From contig CAWVRN010000002.1 in the NCBI GenBank assembly GCA_963932905.1, positions 192,001 through 256,000 of the forward strand: 64,000 bases of DNA, in the 5' to 3' direction. The first letter of the stretch is position 1. The number at the start of each line of letters is the position of its first letter. Source of the DNA: an uncultured Bdellovibrio sp. (GTDB taxonomy: Bacteria > Bdellovibrionota > Bdellovibrionia > Bdellovibrionales > Bdellovibrionaceae). The notes under the pieces were generated by a model. The model searched no databases and was not told the origin of the DNA. It worked only from the letters and a program-made list of their open reading frames with translations. The translations under genes were made by a program, and so were the position numbers. Shown here piece by piece: positions 38,555 through 48,674 of this stretch.

Positions 38555-40912
38555 ATGGATTGGAACAAAATAAGGTTTTTAAGTTGGATTTTTGTCTGTG
38601 TCTATGTGTCTGTTGGCGTTGCCACTCAAGAAGTCCCGCAAACTTTGACTTTCGATGGTCGTGCGTATGGCGATTCGGATGCTACGGTTCCGATGCTCGA
38701 TACGATATCGACGAAAATTCAAATTCTAACACCAGCTCAAGACTGCGTTTTGTATGAAGAGACTCAAAGCGTGGATACGCGTTCAACAAACGGTTACTTC
38801 ACGATTCAAATTGGGTCGGCGGTTAGCGATCCAAAGCGAACAGGTTACGATTCCAATTTGTCTATGAGTCGCATTTTTGCGAATCGTTCTGTTGTTATTT
38901 CTGGTAAGCGGGTTACGGATGGAACAGCTTGTGGCTATACTCCAGCCAGTGGCGATAGGCGATACGTTCGGGTACAAATGACTCCGTCTGCCGATGGTAT
39001 TACACGTAGCATTTCGCCGAATATGGTTTTGGATTCTGTACCGAATGCAATGGTTGCTGAAACAGTTCAAGGTTTGGCTCCGTCCGATTTTATTCAGGTA
39101 AACAATAGTGGCAGTAGTGTTTTATCCCAATCGAATTTGGAAAATATTTTTTCCTCTACTAATTATCCTAATTTAGTAAACCTTCTTTCTGTTGCGCCAA
39201 CAAATTACGTAAGAACTGGGACTAACGGAAGCGCCACACTGCCAAGCGTCTCAGGAAATCCTGCCTCTGGGTTAACCGCAGGACAAATCTGGTACGACTC
39301 TGTGGCCAACGTTATTAAATATTACGACGGATCCACAAAAACTTTGGGAACGTCTTCTGGTTTATCAAGCGTTGGTTTAACATTACCTTCGATTTTCACT
39401 GTGACGGGATCGCCTTTGACAGCGAATGGGGCCATTTCAGCGACTCTTGCGAATCAAAATGCCAATCTATTTTTTGCGGGACCTTCAAGTGGCGGTGCTG
39501 CTGCGCCCACATTTAGAGCCATCGCATCTTCGGATTTGCCAACAACGGGTGCCTCGGGGATGTTCGTAAATGGTGGTAATTCTTTCGGTGTAGCGGCAAC
39601 CATCGGAACCAATGATGCCAATACGTTTGCGATTAAAACTAACGGAACTGCTCGTATGTCTTTTGATACCAGTGGCAATGTGGGAATTGGCGCCTCAACG
39701 CCTGTAACAAAACTTGATGTCCGCGCAGCAGACAATACAACAATTGCAACGTTTGGAAATACAAGTAACCAGGCCGTTTTTGAAATTCGGTCACAAGGCG
39801 CAAGTCAAAGCCAAGCGCTTGCGTTTAAACGAGCAGATGGTGCGTATGATCAATTCGGATTTTCTCCCCCATCTGGGTCGCATTCTAATTCGATTTTTAC
39901 TTCTGCAGGAGGATATGATTTTACGGCAGACTCGCAAGGCTTCGGGGTCGCTTCAAGCTCCTCTTTTGGAGTATTCGATTTTAGTGCGGTTACGGGTTTG
40001 ACATCAAGTTCGGGAGAACATAATTTTTTCTATATCAAACCTAAGATTAATCAATCGGGTACAGCTGGGTACAATGGATTGTATGTTGATGCCACTGAAG
40101 TAACCACGGGAAGTGGAAATAAAAACATTGCAAACTTTGCGTCTGGTGGCACATCTAGAATGGTTGTTGCTTCTAATGGCAATGTAGGAATTGGTACCAC
40201 GACACCAGCTTCGGTACTTCACGTAAAAGGAGGAATCGTGTCACTTGCTGGTGCAGATCCTTTTTTTGCGGTGTCAGCGCCTTACATGGCGGCAGCTGTG
40301 TCTTCAGGTCAGTCGACAACGCCTGTTTACTCTTTTTGGTATCAGAGCGGAACCGGAATTTCTAATCCTCTAGTCAATGCGGTGGGAGTAGCGACCGGTG
40401 GTACTGAACGCATACGTGTACTAGCGTCCGGGGAAGTGGGTATTGGGACAACTACTCCTAGTGCGGGATTGGATGTTGCTACGACCGGTGCTAACAGCGC
40501 TATTGTAGTTCCAAGAGATACAACAGCCAATCGCCCGACGGGAGTCGAAGGTATGATTCGCTACAATACGACAACTGCGAACTTTGAAGGATTTCAAGGG
40601 AGCTCTTGGAAAAAACTTCCCGCTTCAAATGACGTAACGTGTGCGTCGGCCTCTGAATCAGGAGTTGCCGGGACAGGTGTGGTCTGTATTCGGACTACAG
40701 ACGGAAAAACATGTATTCAAGGTTTGGGCGCTGGGACATGGTCATGTAATACACCTACTGGATGGCCCGGCGATAGCACATGGCAATGTACGCTTAGCTA
40801 TTCTACTGGATATCTTTCGGTCTGTGTCCGTGCTAACGATGGACATACCTGCTACAGCGTCCCGGGCGGTGGGGCGTGGACATGCTCCACTCCGACAAGC
40901 TGGGGATTCTAG
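38555..40912 (+). CDS. Phage-tail-fibre-like adhesin (Bdellovibrio MAT-type trimeric fibre)
   Basis: Signal peptide; LTFDGR...CVLYEETQ...NGYFTIQIG...SVPNAMVAE N-domain; three G(N/E)VGIG(T/A)xTP repeats; GMIRYNTT..FEG; Cys/Trp tip. Confidence 0.85.
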   Translation: MDWNKIRFLSWIFVCVYVSVGVATQEVPQTLTFDGRAYGDSDATVPMLDTISTKIQILTPAQDCVLYEETQSVDTRSTNGYFTIQIGSAVSDPKRTGYDSNLSMSRIFANRSVVISGKRVTDGTACGYTPASGDRRYVRVQMTPSADGITRSISPNMVLDSVPNAMVAETVQGLAPSDFIQVNNSGSSVLSQSNLENIFSSTNYPNLVNLLSVAPTNYVRTGTNGSATLPSVSGNPASGLTAGQIWYDSVANVIKYYDGSTKTLGTSSGLSSVGLTLPSIFTVTGSPLTANGAISATLANQNANLFFAGPSSGGAAAPTFRAIASSDLPTTGASGMFVNGGNSFGVAATIGTNDANTFAIKTNGTARMSFDTSGNVGIGASTPVTKLDVRAADNTTIATFGNTSNQAVFEIRSQGASQSQALAFKRADGAYDQFGFSPPSGSHSNSIFTSAGGYDFTADSQGFGVASSSSFGVFDFSAVTGLTSSSGEHNFFYIKPKINQSGTAGYNGLYVDATEVTTGSGNKNIANFASGGTSRMVVASNGNVGIGTTTPASVLHVKGGIVSLAGADPFFAVSAPYMAAAVSSGQSTTPVYSFWYQSGTGISNPLVNAVGVATGGTERIRVLASGEVGIGTTTPSAGLDVATTGANSAIVVPRDTTANRPTGVEGMIRYNTTTANFEGFQGSSWKKLPASNDVTCASASESGVAGTGVVCIRTTDGKTCIQGLGAGTWSCNTPTGWPGDSTWQCTLSYSTGYLSVCVRANDGHTCYSVPGGGAWTCSTPTSWGF

Positions 40913-42264
40913 TTCTCAACCCTCGTATTGGCGACTTCTTGGCCGCGAAATTTCTCTAGCTGAGTTAGCTTTTCAAGCTGAGAAATTTTCTCAGGGTGGA
41001 TGAACAAGATAAAACCTTTTGGTAGTAAAGCATCTACTTGGATTGATTTTCTAATGTCCGGATTTAAATCTATTAATTCTTCCTTGGAAATCAAACCCAT
41101 ATTAATTATTTTCGACGGTTTCATTCGTCGAGTTAATTTATAAGGTTGAAATTCAATGGTCGCCAATCGATCTAAGTCGGACCACAAGTCGTTCGAATAA
41201 GTTTCAACATACAATGCTGCTAAAAATTCAGAATAGAAATTCTCAGACGCAAAACTAAATTGTCGTGATTGAAAATTATTAATAATTTTAACGATGTTTT
41301 TAGTCTTCAATTTCTTAACGGCTTTCTTGATGCCGCCGGGGCCGTGATTGTAAGCCGTGATAGCCAAAGGCCACGACTTAAACATGATCATGTAGTTCTC
41401 TTTCATTAACTCCGCAGCAGCCTCCGTTGATTTTAATGGAGAACGACGTTCATCAATATGTGAATTGATAACTAGAAATTTCTTTCCGGTTCCATCCATA
41501 AACTGCCATAATCCCGCAGCGCCCACCTTGCTTGTTGCCAGTTTATTAAAGCTGCTCTCGACTAATGGTAAACGAGCTATCTCTTTAGGTAGACCGTGTT
41601 CTTGAAAAATTCTTTCCATATGAGGAAGATAACGATTGGCTACCGCTAAACCTTTAGAAAAGAAATCTTTCTGCCCCGTTTGCACCCGTACTCGTTGAGC
41701 TGCGAGTCGTACGTTTTTAACTATTGAGCCAGGTAGAGTTTGTAATTGATCCACCCACTGTTTTTCTCGCTCAGATAATTCTGGAAGATTCTTTCTGTTT
41801 AATTTTTTGGCTAATGCGCGTAATTCTGCACGAACAACGTTCAAGCGAATACGAGTTTCTTTATCTGCTTTTTCTGGATTAATCCACGGGAAGCGTTGAG
41901 GGCGCGCTAGAATTTCCGAGATATTAAAGATCTCGAAATGAATCCATGGGTAATCCATATGATGGATGATCTTATTTGTAGAATCATATTTAGAGTACAC
42001 TTCAAACCAAAAACCAACTCGTTGCTCAAGGCCTTCTGGAACAGCGAAGTCTGGATCAATTAGACTTTTTGGGTCTTTTAAAATTGTCTCTTTATCTAGA
42101 TTAGTTGAGCTTTCAGGGTTTTGAGCTGTCGGAATTGGAGTCACTTCAAATAGCGCCGTTTCGGCGTCTAGGGATGAAGAATTTTCAATGACAACCAATA
42201 AAAACAAGCCTAAAACAAGAAAAACTGCACATAGAGACTTATTCGATTTATAATTTTTTTTCAT
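40909..42264 (-). CDS. MltD-like lytic murein transglycosylase
   Basis: LPLVESSF (catalytic Glu), AAGLWQFM, DERRSP, LAITAYNHG; degenerate LysM-like C-terminus. Confidence 0.9.
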   Translation of the reverse strand: MKKNYKSNKSLCAVFLVLGLFLLVVIENSSSLDAETALFEVTPIPTAQNPESSTNLDKETILKDPKSLIDPDFAVPEGLEQRVGFWFEVYSKYDSTNKIIHHMDYPWIHFEIFNISEILARPQRFPWINPEKADKETRIRLNVVRAELRALAKKLNRKNLPELSEREKQWVDQLQTLPGSIVKNVRLAAQRVRVQTGQKDFFSKGLAVANRYLPHMERIFQEHGLPKEIARLPLVESSFNKLATSKVGAAGLWQFMDGTGKKFLVINSHIDERRSPLKSTEAAAELMKENYMIMFKSWPLAITAYNHGPGGIKKAVKKLKTKNIVKIINNFQSRQFSFASENFYSEFLAALYVETYSNDLWSDLDRLATIEFQPYKLTRRMKPSKIINMGLISKEELIDLNPDIRKSIQVDALLPKGFILFIHPEKISQLEKLTQLEKFRGQEVANTRVEN

Positions 42265-42286
42265 GCTAAATCATAGAGCAACCAAT

Positions 42287-43339
42287 ATGCCAATTTTTAA
42301 ACGTGTATTAGCCATAGAAACCAGTTGTGACGATACTTCCGTGGCTGTCGTTAGTTCAGACAATCATGTATTAAGTATGATGGCCGCCAATCAGGACAAG
42401 GATCATGCACTATATGGTGGAATCGTTCCAGAGATCGCGAGTCGCAATCACACATTTACTTTATTGCCGCTGGTGAATCAGGTTTTAGGCCACGCTAATA
42501 TGACTTTAAAAGATATAGACGGAATTGCAGTTACAAATAGACCTGGCTTGATCGGCGCACTGATCGTGGGTTTGACGTCGGCTAAAAGTTTATCGATGTC
42601 GCTAGATATTCCGTTCATTGGTGTTAATCACCTTGAAGGACATTTGCTTGCGCCGTTTTTGAAAGACGATTCTTATGCGCCTCCGAGTAATTTTAATTAT
42701 CCGTTCTTAGCTTTAGCCGTTAGTGGTGGGCACACCAGTTTGTATGTTGTGCATGACCTAGGAAAATATGAAATCATCGGACGAACGAAAGACGATGCGG
42801 CGGGGGAGGCATTTGATAAATTTGCTAAAACGCTTGGGTTTGAATTTCCAGGTGGAGTTAAAATTGATCAGTTGTCAAAAGGTGGCAACGTGGCCTTTGT
42901 TGATTTTCCACGAGGCTTAATTGATTCCGCAACTTTGGATATGAGCTTTTCAGGATTGAAATCTTCGGGAATGCGCTACATACAATCAATCGGCGCCGAA
43001 GAGAAAAACAAAAACATTAATTCTATTTGCGCTTCTTTCCAGGAAGCTATTGTGGATACATTGGTTACTAAACTAAATTTGGCATTTAAAAAGTATAAAA
43101 TTAAAAATGTGGTTTTGACTGGTGGAGTGAGTGCTAATTCACGTTTGCGTGAAAAAACGCTAGAGTGGGCACGTCGCCGCGGTATTACAGTTGCAATTCC
43201 TCCCCTGCGTTATTGCACGGATAATGCGGCCATGATCGGCATTGCTGGGATACAACGATTAAATCGTGGTGAACATTCTGATATGGGTATTGGTCCAATG
43301 CCCGATTATTTAAAATCTGACTTTGTAAACGAGTACTAA
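42287..43339 (+). CDS. tsaD: tRNA N6-adenosine threonylcarbamoyltransferase
   Basis: LAIETSCDDT, GGIVPEIASRNH, HLEGH, VSGGHT, DDAAGEAFDK, CTDNAAMI; start taken at MPIF. Confidence 0.96.
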   Translation: MPIFKRVLAIETSCDDTSVAVVSSDNHVLSMMAANQDKDHALYGGIVPEIASRNHTFTLLPLVNQVLGHANMTLKDIDGIAVTNRPGLIGALIVGLTSAKSLSMSLDIPFIGVNHLEGHLLAPFLKDDSYAPPSNFNYPFLALAVSGGHTSLYVVHDLGKYEIIGRTKDDAAGEAFDKFAKTLGFEFPGGVKIDQLSKGGNVAFVDFPRGLIDSATLDMSFSGLKSSGMRYIQSIGAEEKNKNINSICASFQEAIVDTLVTKLNLAFKKYKIKNVVLTGGVSANSRLREKTLEWARRRGITVAIPPLRYCTDNAAMIGIAGIQRLNRGEHSDMGIGPMPDYLKSDFVNEY

Positions 43340-44155
43340 ATGACAGTTAAAGAACGTTTGGATTTATTTTTCTCAAAATTTCCCGTTGAAGCTAAAAAAG
43401 CGTTGGGACAGAATTTTTTAGTCTCAGATTATGCAGTTACAAAAATGATTTCGAGTTTAAAAGAATTTAAATTTGAGAATCTTATTGAAATTGGACCGGG
43501 GCCGGGCGCATTGACGGATGTTTTGAAAACATTGACACCAAATTTTCGCGTTCTTGAATTGGATAATTTTTTTCACGAGTATTGGGTCGGTCAAGGACTG
43601 CCAGCTATTCACACGGATGCTTTGCGATGGAATTGGAAAGAAGAAGTTCTTGATCCTCAGAGTACTGTTTTAATCAGCAATTTGCCGTATCAGATTTCGT
43701 CCGCGATTGTAATTGATCGATCTATGGATGAAGTGCCATTGCAGGCCATGATTTTAATGTTCCAAAAAGAAGTCGCGCAGAAAATCAGAATGAAGTCTAA
43801 AACATCTGAATTTGGTTTACTTAGCGTAGTAGCTCAAGTTTTTTGGGATATCGAAACTGTCTGTGATTTAAGTCCTAGAGACTTTTTGCCGGCTCCTAAG
43901 GTAGCCAGTCGGGTATTATGTTTTCGATCCAAGAAAACGGACATCCAGGATAAGAAAGCATTCTTAGTATTTTGCAAGGCCGGATTTGCGCAGAAGCGAA
44001 AACTGTTAAAAAAGAACTTATTGACCCTAAATCAAATGGATACTCAGAAAATTATTGCCTCTTTCCAAAATTTAAACTTGAATGAGACGTCGCGCGCGGA
44101 AGAGCTGTCTCCAGCTCAATGGGTCGCTTTATACAAAGATTTAGGTTTTAAGTGA
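43340..44155 (+). CDS. rsmA: 16S rRNA m6,2A dimethyltransferase KsgA
   Basis: KKALGQNFL, EIGPGPGALT, SNLPYQISS, MFQKEVA, PAPKVAS. Confidence 0.95.
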   Translation: MTVKERLDLFFSKFPVEAKKALGQNFLVSDYAVTKMISSLKEFKFENLIEIGPGPGALTDVLKTLTPNFRVLELDNFFHEYWVGQGLPAIHTDALRWNWKEEVLDPQSTVLISNLPYQISSAIVIDRSMDEVPLQAMILMFQKEVAQKIRMKSKTSEFGLLSVVAQVFWDIETVCDLSPRDFLPAPKVASRVLCFRSKKTDIQDKKAFLVFCKAGFAQKRKLLKKNLLTLNQMDTQKIIASFQNLNLNETSRAEELSPAQWVALYKDLGFK

Positions 44156-44604
44156 GTATATTACTAATTCAAGATAATAAAAAAGCCAGATTCGATTACG
44201 AGATCCTAGAGGTCATTGAGGCTGGTATTGTTTTGATGGGCAGTGAAGTGAAAGCATTGCGAGAAAAAGATGTTCAATTAAAGGATGCCTACGTATCCTT
44301 TCAAAATGGAGAAGCATTCTTACAGAATGCTCACATCAGTCCTTATAAAGCCAGCAGCTATAATAATCACACGCCTGAACGTCTGCGAAAGCTTCTTTTG
44401 AATCGTAAAGAGATCAACAATCTAATGGGCAAGGTTCAAGAACGCGGTTTATCGATCGTACCGTTAAAAATATTTTTTAAAAAGGGTATGGTTAAACTAG
44501 ATTTGGCCTTAGTGCGTGGTAAAAAAGCCCACGATAAACGTCAAAGCATTAAAGAACGCGAGTCTAACAAATCGCTTAAACAGACCTTACGACATTCTAG
44601 ATAA
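44152..44604 (+). CDS. smpB: SsrA-binding protein
   Basis: NKKARFDY, EAGIVLMGSEVKALR, RKLLL, GKKAHDKR. Confidence 0.96.
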   Translation: MSILLIQDNKKARFDYEILEVIEAGIVLMGSEVKALREKDVQLKDAYVSFQNGEAFLQNAHISPYKASSYNNHTPERLRKLLLNRKEINNLMGKVQERGLSIVPLKIFFKKGMVKLDLALVRGKKAHDKRQSIKERESNKSLKQTLRHSR

Positions 44605-44607
44605 AAA

Positions 44608-45300
44608 TTAGCTAACTTTTCTTTTACCGGCTTGAACGATGTTGTCATTTAGCGGAATAACATTTGTTCCTTTGCCGTTGATGAATTCATTTTTGTTTTT
44701 TACGGTTTGGTTGTAGTCCAAACCTAGTTGTTTACACTTCATTTGAACTAGTTTCTGCCACGCCAGCAGCGAGTCGCGATTGGCTTGGTCGATATTTAAA
44801 CTACGTAAGATTTCTAGTTCTTGTTCGGTATTGCTTCTGAGAACGCGATAAAAGTATTCATAGTTAATTTTGATAGAGTTCAATTCGCTTTTGTTAGAAT
44901 CAAAAACAATCGGGTCTTTAAAGTTACCAATCATCAACTGTTGTAAGTGGTCTTCGATTTTTTTGATAGGTTTGATGGTATTAGAAGTAAATTTTTTTCC
45001 GAAATAGAGAATTAGGGAAAAAGAAAGCAAGGCGCTGCTAATGCAGTAAATCCATAGCCAAGATTTCTCTTGATACAAGTTTGTGATCAAAGTCGGATAG
45101 GTATTAAAAGCGATGGATTCAAAGAAATAGTAGTTACGCGAGAAAAAGAAAATCAAAGGTATAGCAAAAAGTGTAAACGCGAATGCAGAAATGCACGCAA
45201 AAATCAGGACGTAGTTCCATTCGAACTGATTGTCATGCCAGCTTTGCTGCTGTTTATGATGAACGTTTCTATTAAGCAATTTCCTAGGACCTTGAAGCAT
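44608..45300 (-). CDS. Two-TM membrane protein with a HAMP-like segment
   Basis: Two hydrophobic helices followed by IKPIKKIEDHLQQLMIGNF...ELNSI. Confidence 0.65.
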   Translation of the reverse strand: MLQGPRKLLNRNVHHKQQQSWHDNQFEWNYVLIFACISAFAFTLFAIPLIFFFSRNYYFFESIAFNTYPTLITNLYQEKSWLWIYCISSALLSFSLILYFGKKFTSNTIKPIKKIEDHLQQLMIGNFKDPIVFDSNKSELNSIKINYEYFYRVLRSNTEQELEILRSLNIDQANRDSLLAWQKLVQMKCKQLGLDYNQTVKNKNEFINGKGTNVIPLNDNIVQAGKRKVS

Positions 45301-45329
45301 ACTAACTAATCGGAAAGGCCGGATAAAAG

Positions 45330-46076
45330 ATGATTGCCTATAGCAAAGAAAAGGCTAAACTAGACGATATGACTAAATATTTTATATTCTTATTTGGACT
45401 TCTATTCCTACTTAACTGTTCTTCTACAGAAGATAAAAAACCAACGCAGCCTTTGGTCGAGGATAAATACAGACTTAAGGAAGATCGTGAAGAGATCAAC
45501 AAGCTGCGTAGCGAAGTTCCCGAAGAAAAGCGACAAGAGAACGATGAAATTGCACTTAATCTAAAATGGATGAATGAAAAACGCCTAAGTCCTTCCGAAG
45601 TGCGTAATCGTTTTTCACAAATGGCGTCACGAAAGCGCCGTATATTTAACCAAGACATAAATAAAGGTCGACAAGAATTCTCAAATCAAGAACGTAAGTC
45701 TCGTAAAGAGTTCGATGCGAAGCTAAAAGAAGAACGTGATTCTATCAAGAGTTATACTAAACGTACGGCCAAGGAAAAAAAAGAATCCATGGATGAGTTA
45801 GAATTAAAAAGAAAAGATTTTAATCTAAACCAAAAAACACAGCGTGATGCTTTTGAAGAAGAAGTAAAAGATAAAAAGAAAAACTTCGAAGACTACATGA
45901 GGCAAAAACAAGAAGAATTCAACGCGGATTTGAAAACATACACGAATGAGTACAACGATAGAAAGAAAGAAGAAAAAGATAAGCAAAAGCAAAAAGATAA
46001 GGAAAAATTAGAAAACAAATCGACGGAAAAAAATTCGGAATTGAAAAGGATACATTTGGAAACAGAAGGCCAGTAG
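45330..46076 (+). CDS. Highly charged coiled-coil lipoprotein
   Basis: Probable start MTKYF; lipobox LLNC; K/E/R-rich helix. Confidence 0.72.
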   Translation: MIAYSKEKAKLDDMTKYFIFLFGLLFLLNCSSTEDKKPTQPLVEDKYRLKEDREEINKLRSEVPEEKRQENDEIALNLKWMNEKRLSPSEVRNRFSQMASRKRRIFNQDINKGRQEFSNQERKSRKEFDAKLKEERDSIKSYTKRTAKEKKESMDELELKRKDFNLNQKTQRDAFEEEVKDKKKNFEDYMRQKQEEFNADLKTYTNEYNDRKKEEKDKQKQKDKEKLENKSTEKNSELKRIHLETEGQ

Positions 46077-46083
46077 TTGGTAA

Positions 46084-46785
46084 CTAGCTGCTGATTTTTT
46101 GGAAAAATGTGCGATAGAGTTCCATGTTGATTCGAGATAGGTTTTTTTCGTTTTCAGTACTTAAATTGTAAAATTGAAATCCGTATAGAAACAGATCATG
46201 TTTTTTGTCGTTAATAACTTCGCTACTGTCACTTCTGTGTCGTAAATGTGCCTTTAACGTTAGGGTCGGATGCCCCGGAACATTAATGTCCAGCTCCACT
46301 TCATCCCCTAGTTTAATAGTTCGCGTATCTTTGTGTGAAGCGACTCGGATGCCCCTAGTGCTTAAATCAAATACGCGGCCAGAAAACAATTCTCCCTTGG
46401 CTTCAACTGTTACTTTAGACGATAACCCAGCCGGAAATTTTAATCGGTAATTTTCCCGACGCTGAATCATATAGAAATCAGCATCTAAAGTTAAACACGG
46501 TACATTTTTTTCTGTCGTGTAGTGACATTTAAAAATATAAAGATTTTCTTTTTTGTATAGAAACTGGCAGATAATTTCTTCACCGTTTAAGACAGAAATA
46601 TCGTTTTTTGTAAATCGAATTTGTAAAAGATTGGGAGCTTTAAATGCTTGCGGACGAACGATGAAAAGTTCACTTGTTGATTTGCAAAGGATGTCTTCGG
46701 GGTGAGAAACAAGGTCGGTAACGACCTTGTTTTTCTCTTCGTTAGTCAACTTTTTAAACTGATCATCTCGCTTGAGCGTGTCCAT
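46084..46785 (-). CDS. PilZ-domain c-di-GMP receptor (YcgR-like architecture)
   Basis: QRRENYR (RxxxR) and DLSTRG (DxSxxG). Confidence 0.88.
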   Translation of the reverse strand: MDTLKRDDQFKKLTNEEKNKVVTDLVSHPEDILCKSTSELFIVRPQAFKAPNLLQIRFTKNDISVLNGEEIICQFLYKKENLYIFKCHYTTEKNVPCLTLDADFYMIQRRENYRLKFPAGLSSKVTVEAKGELFSGRVFDLSTRGIRVASHKDTRTIKLGDEVELDINVPGHPTLTLKAHLRHRSDSSEVINDKKHDLFLYGFQFYNLSTENEKNLSRINMELYRTFFQKISS

Positions 46786-46792
46786 AGTTCAT

Positions 46793-47092
46793 TTATGCGG
46801 CTTTTGGCACAGTTACTGGTTGGCAAATGCCTTTTTGACCAAGAACATTTCCTAGTGTACCCCAAAAACTTTCTTTGTGTTTTGTTTCATTTGGAGTGAA
46901 TTTGATTTTAGGAAAATCATTTTTTGTGTAGTGTTCGCAGAAGCTTTCTTTGTTTCCATTTCTCACAATTTTAAGCATCATAGAAAAATGGTCATTTGTG
47001 AATGTTTTGTTATCGACAAGAATTTGTCTTAACCCTTTTTCCGGGGTCATCGATAAAAAGTCATGCATTTCACTTGGATCATATTGAGACAT
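46793..47092 (-). CDS. Small hypothetical protein
   Basis: Start MSQYDP with SD ggagg; co-oriented with the PilZ gene. Confidence 0.7.
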   Translation of the reverse strand: MSQYDPSEMHDFLSMTPEKGLRQILVDNKTFTNDHFSMMLKIVRNGNKESFCEHYTKNDFPKIKFTPNETKHKESFWGTLGNVLGQKGICQPVTVPKAA

Positions 47093-47113
47093 AATGTGTC
47101 CTCCCATATAGAT

Positions 47114-47140
47114 TTATCGGCGTATTTCGAAAAATTTGGA
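47114..47140 (-). promoter_or_regulatory. Putative sigma28 promoter of the hypothetical-PilZ operon
   Basis: TCCA-N15-GCCGATAA; the -10 is a perfect consensus match. Confidence 0.6.
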
Positions 47141-47214
47141 GTGAAAACGCTGAATTTTTCGTGCAGACTCAGATTCAAGTTGATGTAATTTGAAAAGTAA
47201 TTGGACAGTTTGTA

Positions 47215-48081
47215 ATGCATAATATTGAAAAGACATCTAATGTCATTCGATCCCTGAGTGGTCTAGTTAATTACCATGACTTGGTAATTGGGGTTAGTGA
47301 TGAATATCATGGATTATTTGTCAGGGGTCCTGATGGCGATAGGTTTTATAATTTTTCTGGGTATCCCGCTCATCTTAGCTATAAAGATCAAAAAAAAATT
47401 AAGCCTGATCAAGAAAGTATTTCGCTGATTTCGTTCGAAGGCCGTGAATACATAATTGCGTTTCCGTCACTATCAAAGCCGAATCGAACCGAAGTCGGTA
47501 TTTTCCATGTTTCCTATAGTAACGGTCAGTTGCAGATTCATTCTCATAAACGATTCCAAGTAGGAAAACTTTATAACGAGCTTGTCGGAAATCGGGAAGT
47601 TAATATTGAAGGACATATTCTGTTTGGTGATGATTTACTTCTGCTGAATCGAGGAAACCAAACTTCCTGCAGTGAATTAGTATCTATCAAAAATGGAATG
47701 TCTTGGCTTGAATACGTTGTGGGGCGATCTTCAGATAAAGACTTTTCTTATATAGTTTCAAAAGCTAATGTTGATTTGGGACAGTTTCAAGGGCATCCCA
47801 TTCATTGGACCGATGCTCTTCGTGACAAAGACGACATGATTCTCTTTTTAGCTACCGTTGAAAAAACAGATAATGCTTATGACGATGGTGTCGTGCTGGC
47901 CAGTTTTTTGGGTCGCTTTGATGTTAAGACTCATCAAGTTTTGGAGATTAAGAAAATTATAGATGCAAAGAAGGCCGAAGGCATTTGCCATTGGCAATCA
48001 CGCTATTTGGTAGCTATCGATTCTGATTCTCCAGAGATGGTAAATGAGTTTTATAGCTTTTCTCAAGACGTATTAGATTGA
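47215..48081 (+). CDS. Hypothetical beta-propeller-like protein (DUF6929-like)
   Basis: SLSGL, KPDQES, NIEG, LLNRGN, KAEGI, DSD motifs. Confidence 0.6.
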   Translation: MHNIEKTSNVIRSLSGLVNYHDLVIGVSDEYHGLFVRGPDGDRFYNFSGYPAHLSYKDQKKIKPDQESISLISFEGREYIIAFPSLSKPNRTEVGIFHVSYSNGQLQIHSHKRFQVGKLYNELVGNREVNIEGHILFGDDLLLLNRGNQTSCSELVSIKNGMSWLEYVVGRSSDKDFSYIVSKANVDLGQFQGHPIHWTDALRDKDDMILFLATVEKTDNAYDDGVVLASFLGRFDVKTHQVLEIKKIIDAKKAEGICHWQSRYLVAIDSDSPEMVNEFYSFSQDVLD

Positions 48082-48161
48082 GTAGGACCTGGGAAAAATG
48101 GTTTTGACAACGCCAGCGTGGTCTCGTTAGCCTTAAAAAGAGTCAGGATAAGGAGATCTCT

Positions 48162-48656
48162 ATGTTTAAAATCTTAATCGCATTATTACTACCTTTGATG
48201 TCACAAGCGGCCTTACCACCCGCAAAAAATATTCAAAAAAGTCTTATCGTTGATCAAGGTGCTATCAGCGGCGGTATCGCAGGAAATGGATTTTCGATGC
48301 TTAAGATGCAATTAGTATCAATGCCATCCGTCAAAATGGAACGATACATTTTTGATATTGGTGATTTAAGAGGTCAAAAAATTAAAGGCCTCCCTGGTTT
48401 CTACCATGTGCAATTGGTTAAGAATCCACCTCAAGTCGTAATAGATTTCTCTCAAATGCCGGTTTCACGTGTTTTTGAAAATGATTTAACCAAAACGATT
48501 AAAAAATCTGTCTTAGTATCAAGCGGTAAGTTGATTTCAGACCCAACGGACAAAACATTAACTATGGTTTTGAACTTGAAAAGACCAGGTAAAATGAAAG
48601 TGATGCAAGTTAAAGGTGATAAAGACACTGGTAAGCTGGTTGTCGATTTATATTAG
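48162..48656 (+). CDS. Secreted AMIN-like domain protein
   Basis: Signal peptide; KNPPQVVIDF and KLVVDL motifs. Confidence 0.6.
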   Translation: MFKILIALLLPLMSQAALPPAKNIQKSLIVDQGAISGGIAGNGFSMLKMQLVSMPSVKMERYIFDIGDLRGQKIKGLPGFYHVQLVKNPPQVVIDFSQMPVSRVFENDLTKTIKKSVLVSSGKLISDPTDKTLTMVLNLKRPGKMKVMQVKGDKDTGKLVVDLY

Positions 48657-48674
48657 TTTCTAATCGAGGTCATT

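Noticed and set aside
38555..40912. Prophage tail-fibre gene
   Set aside because: Has a signal peptide and no neighbouring capsid, terminase or integrase genes; fits a host-encoded adhesin.
44152..44700. tmRNA (ssrA) next to smpB
   Set aside because: Only 3 nt separate smpB from the convergent gene; no tRNA-like ends were seen.
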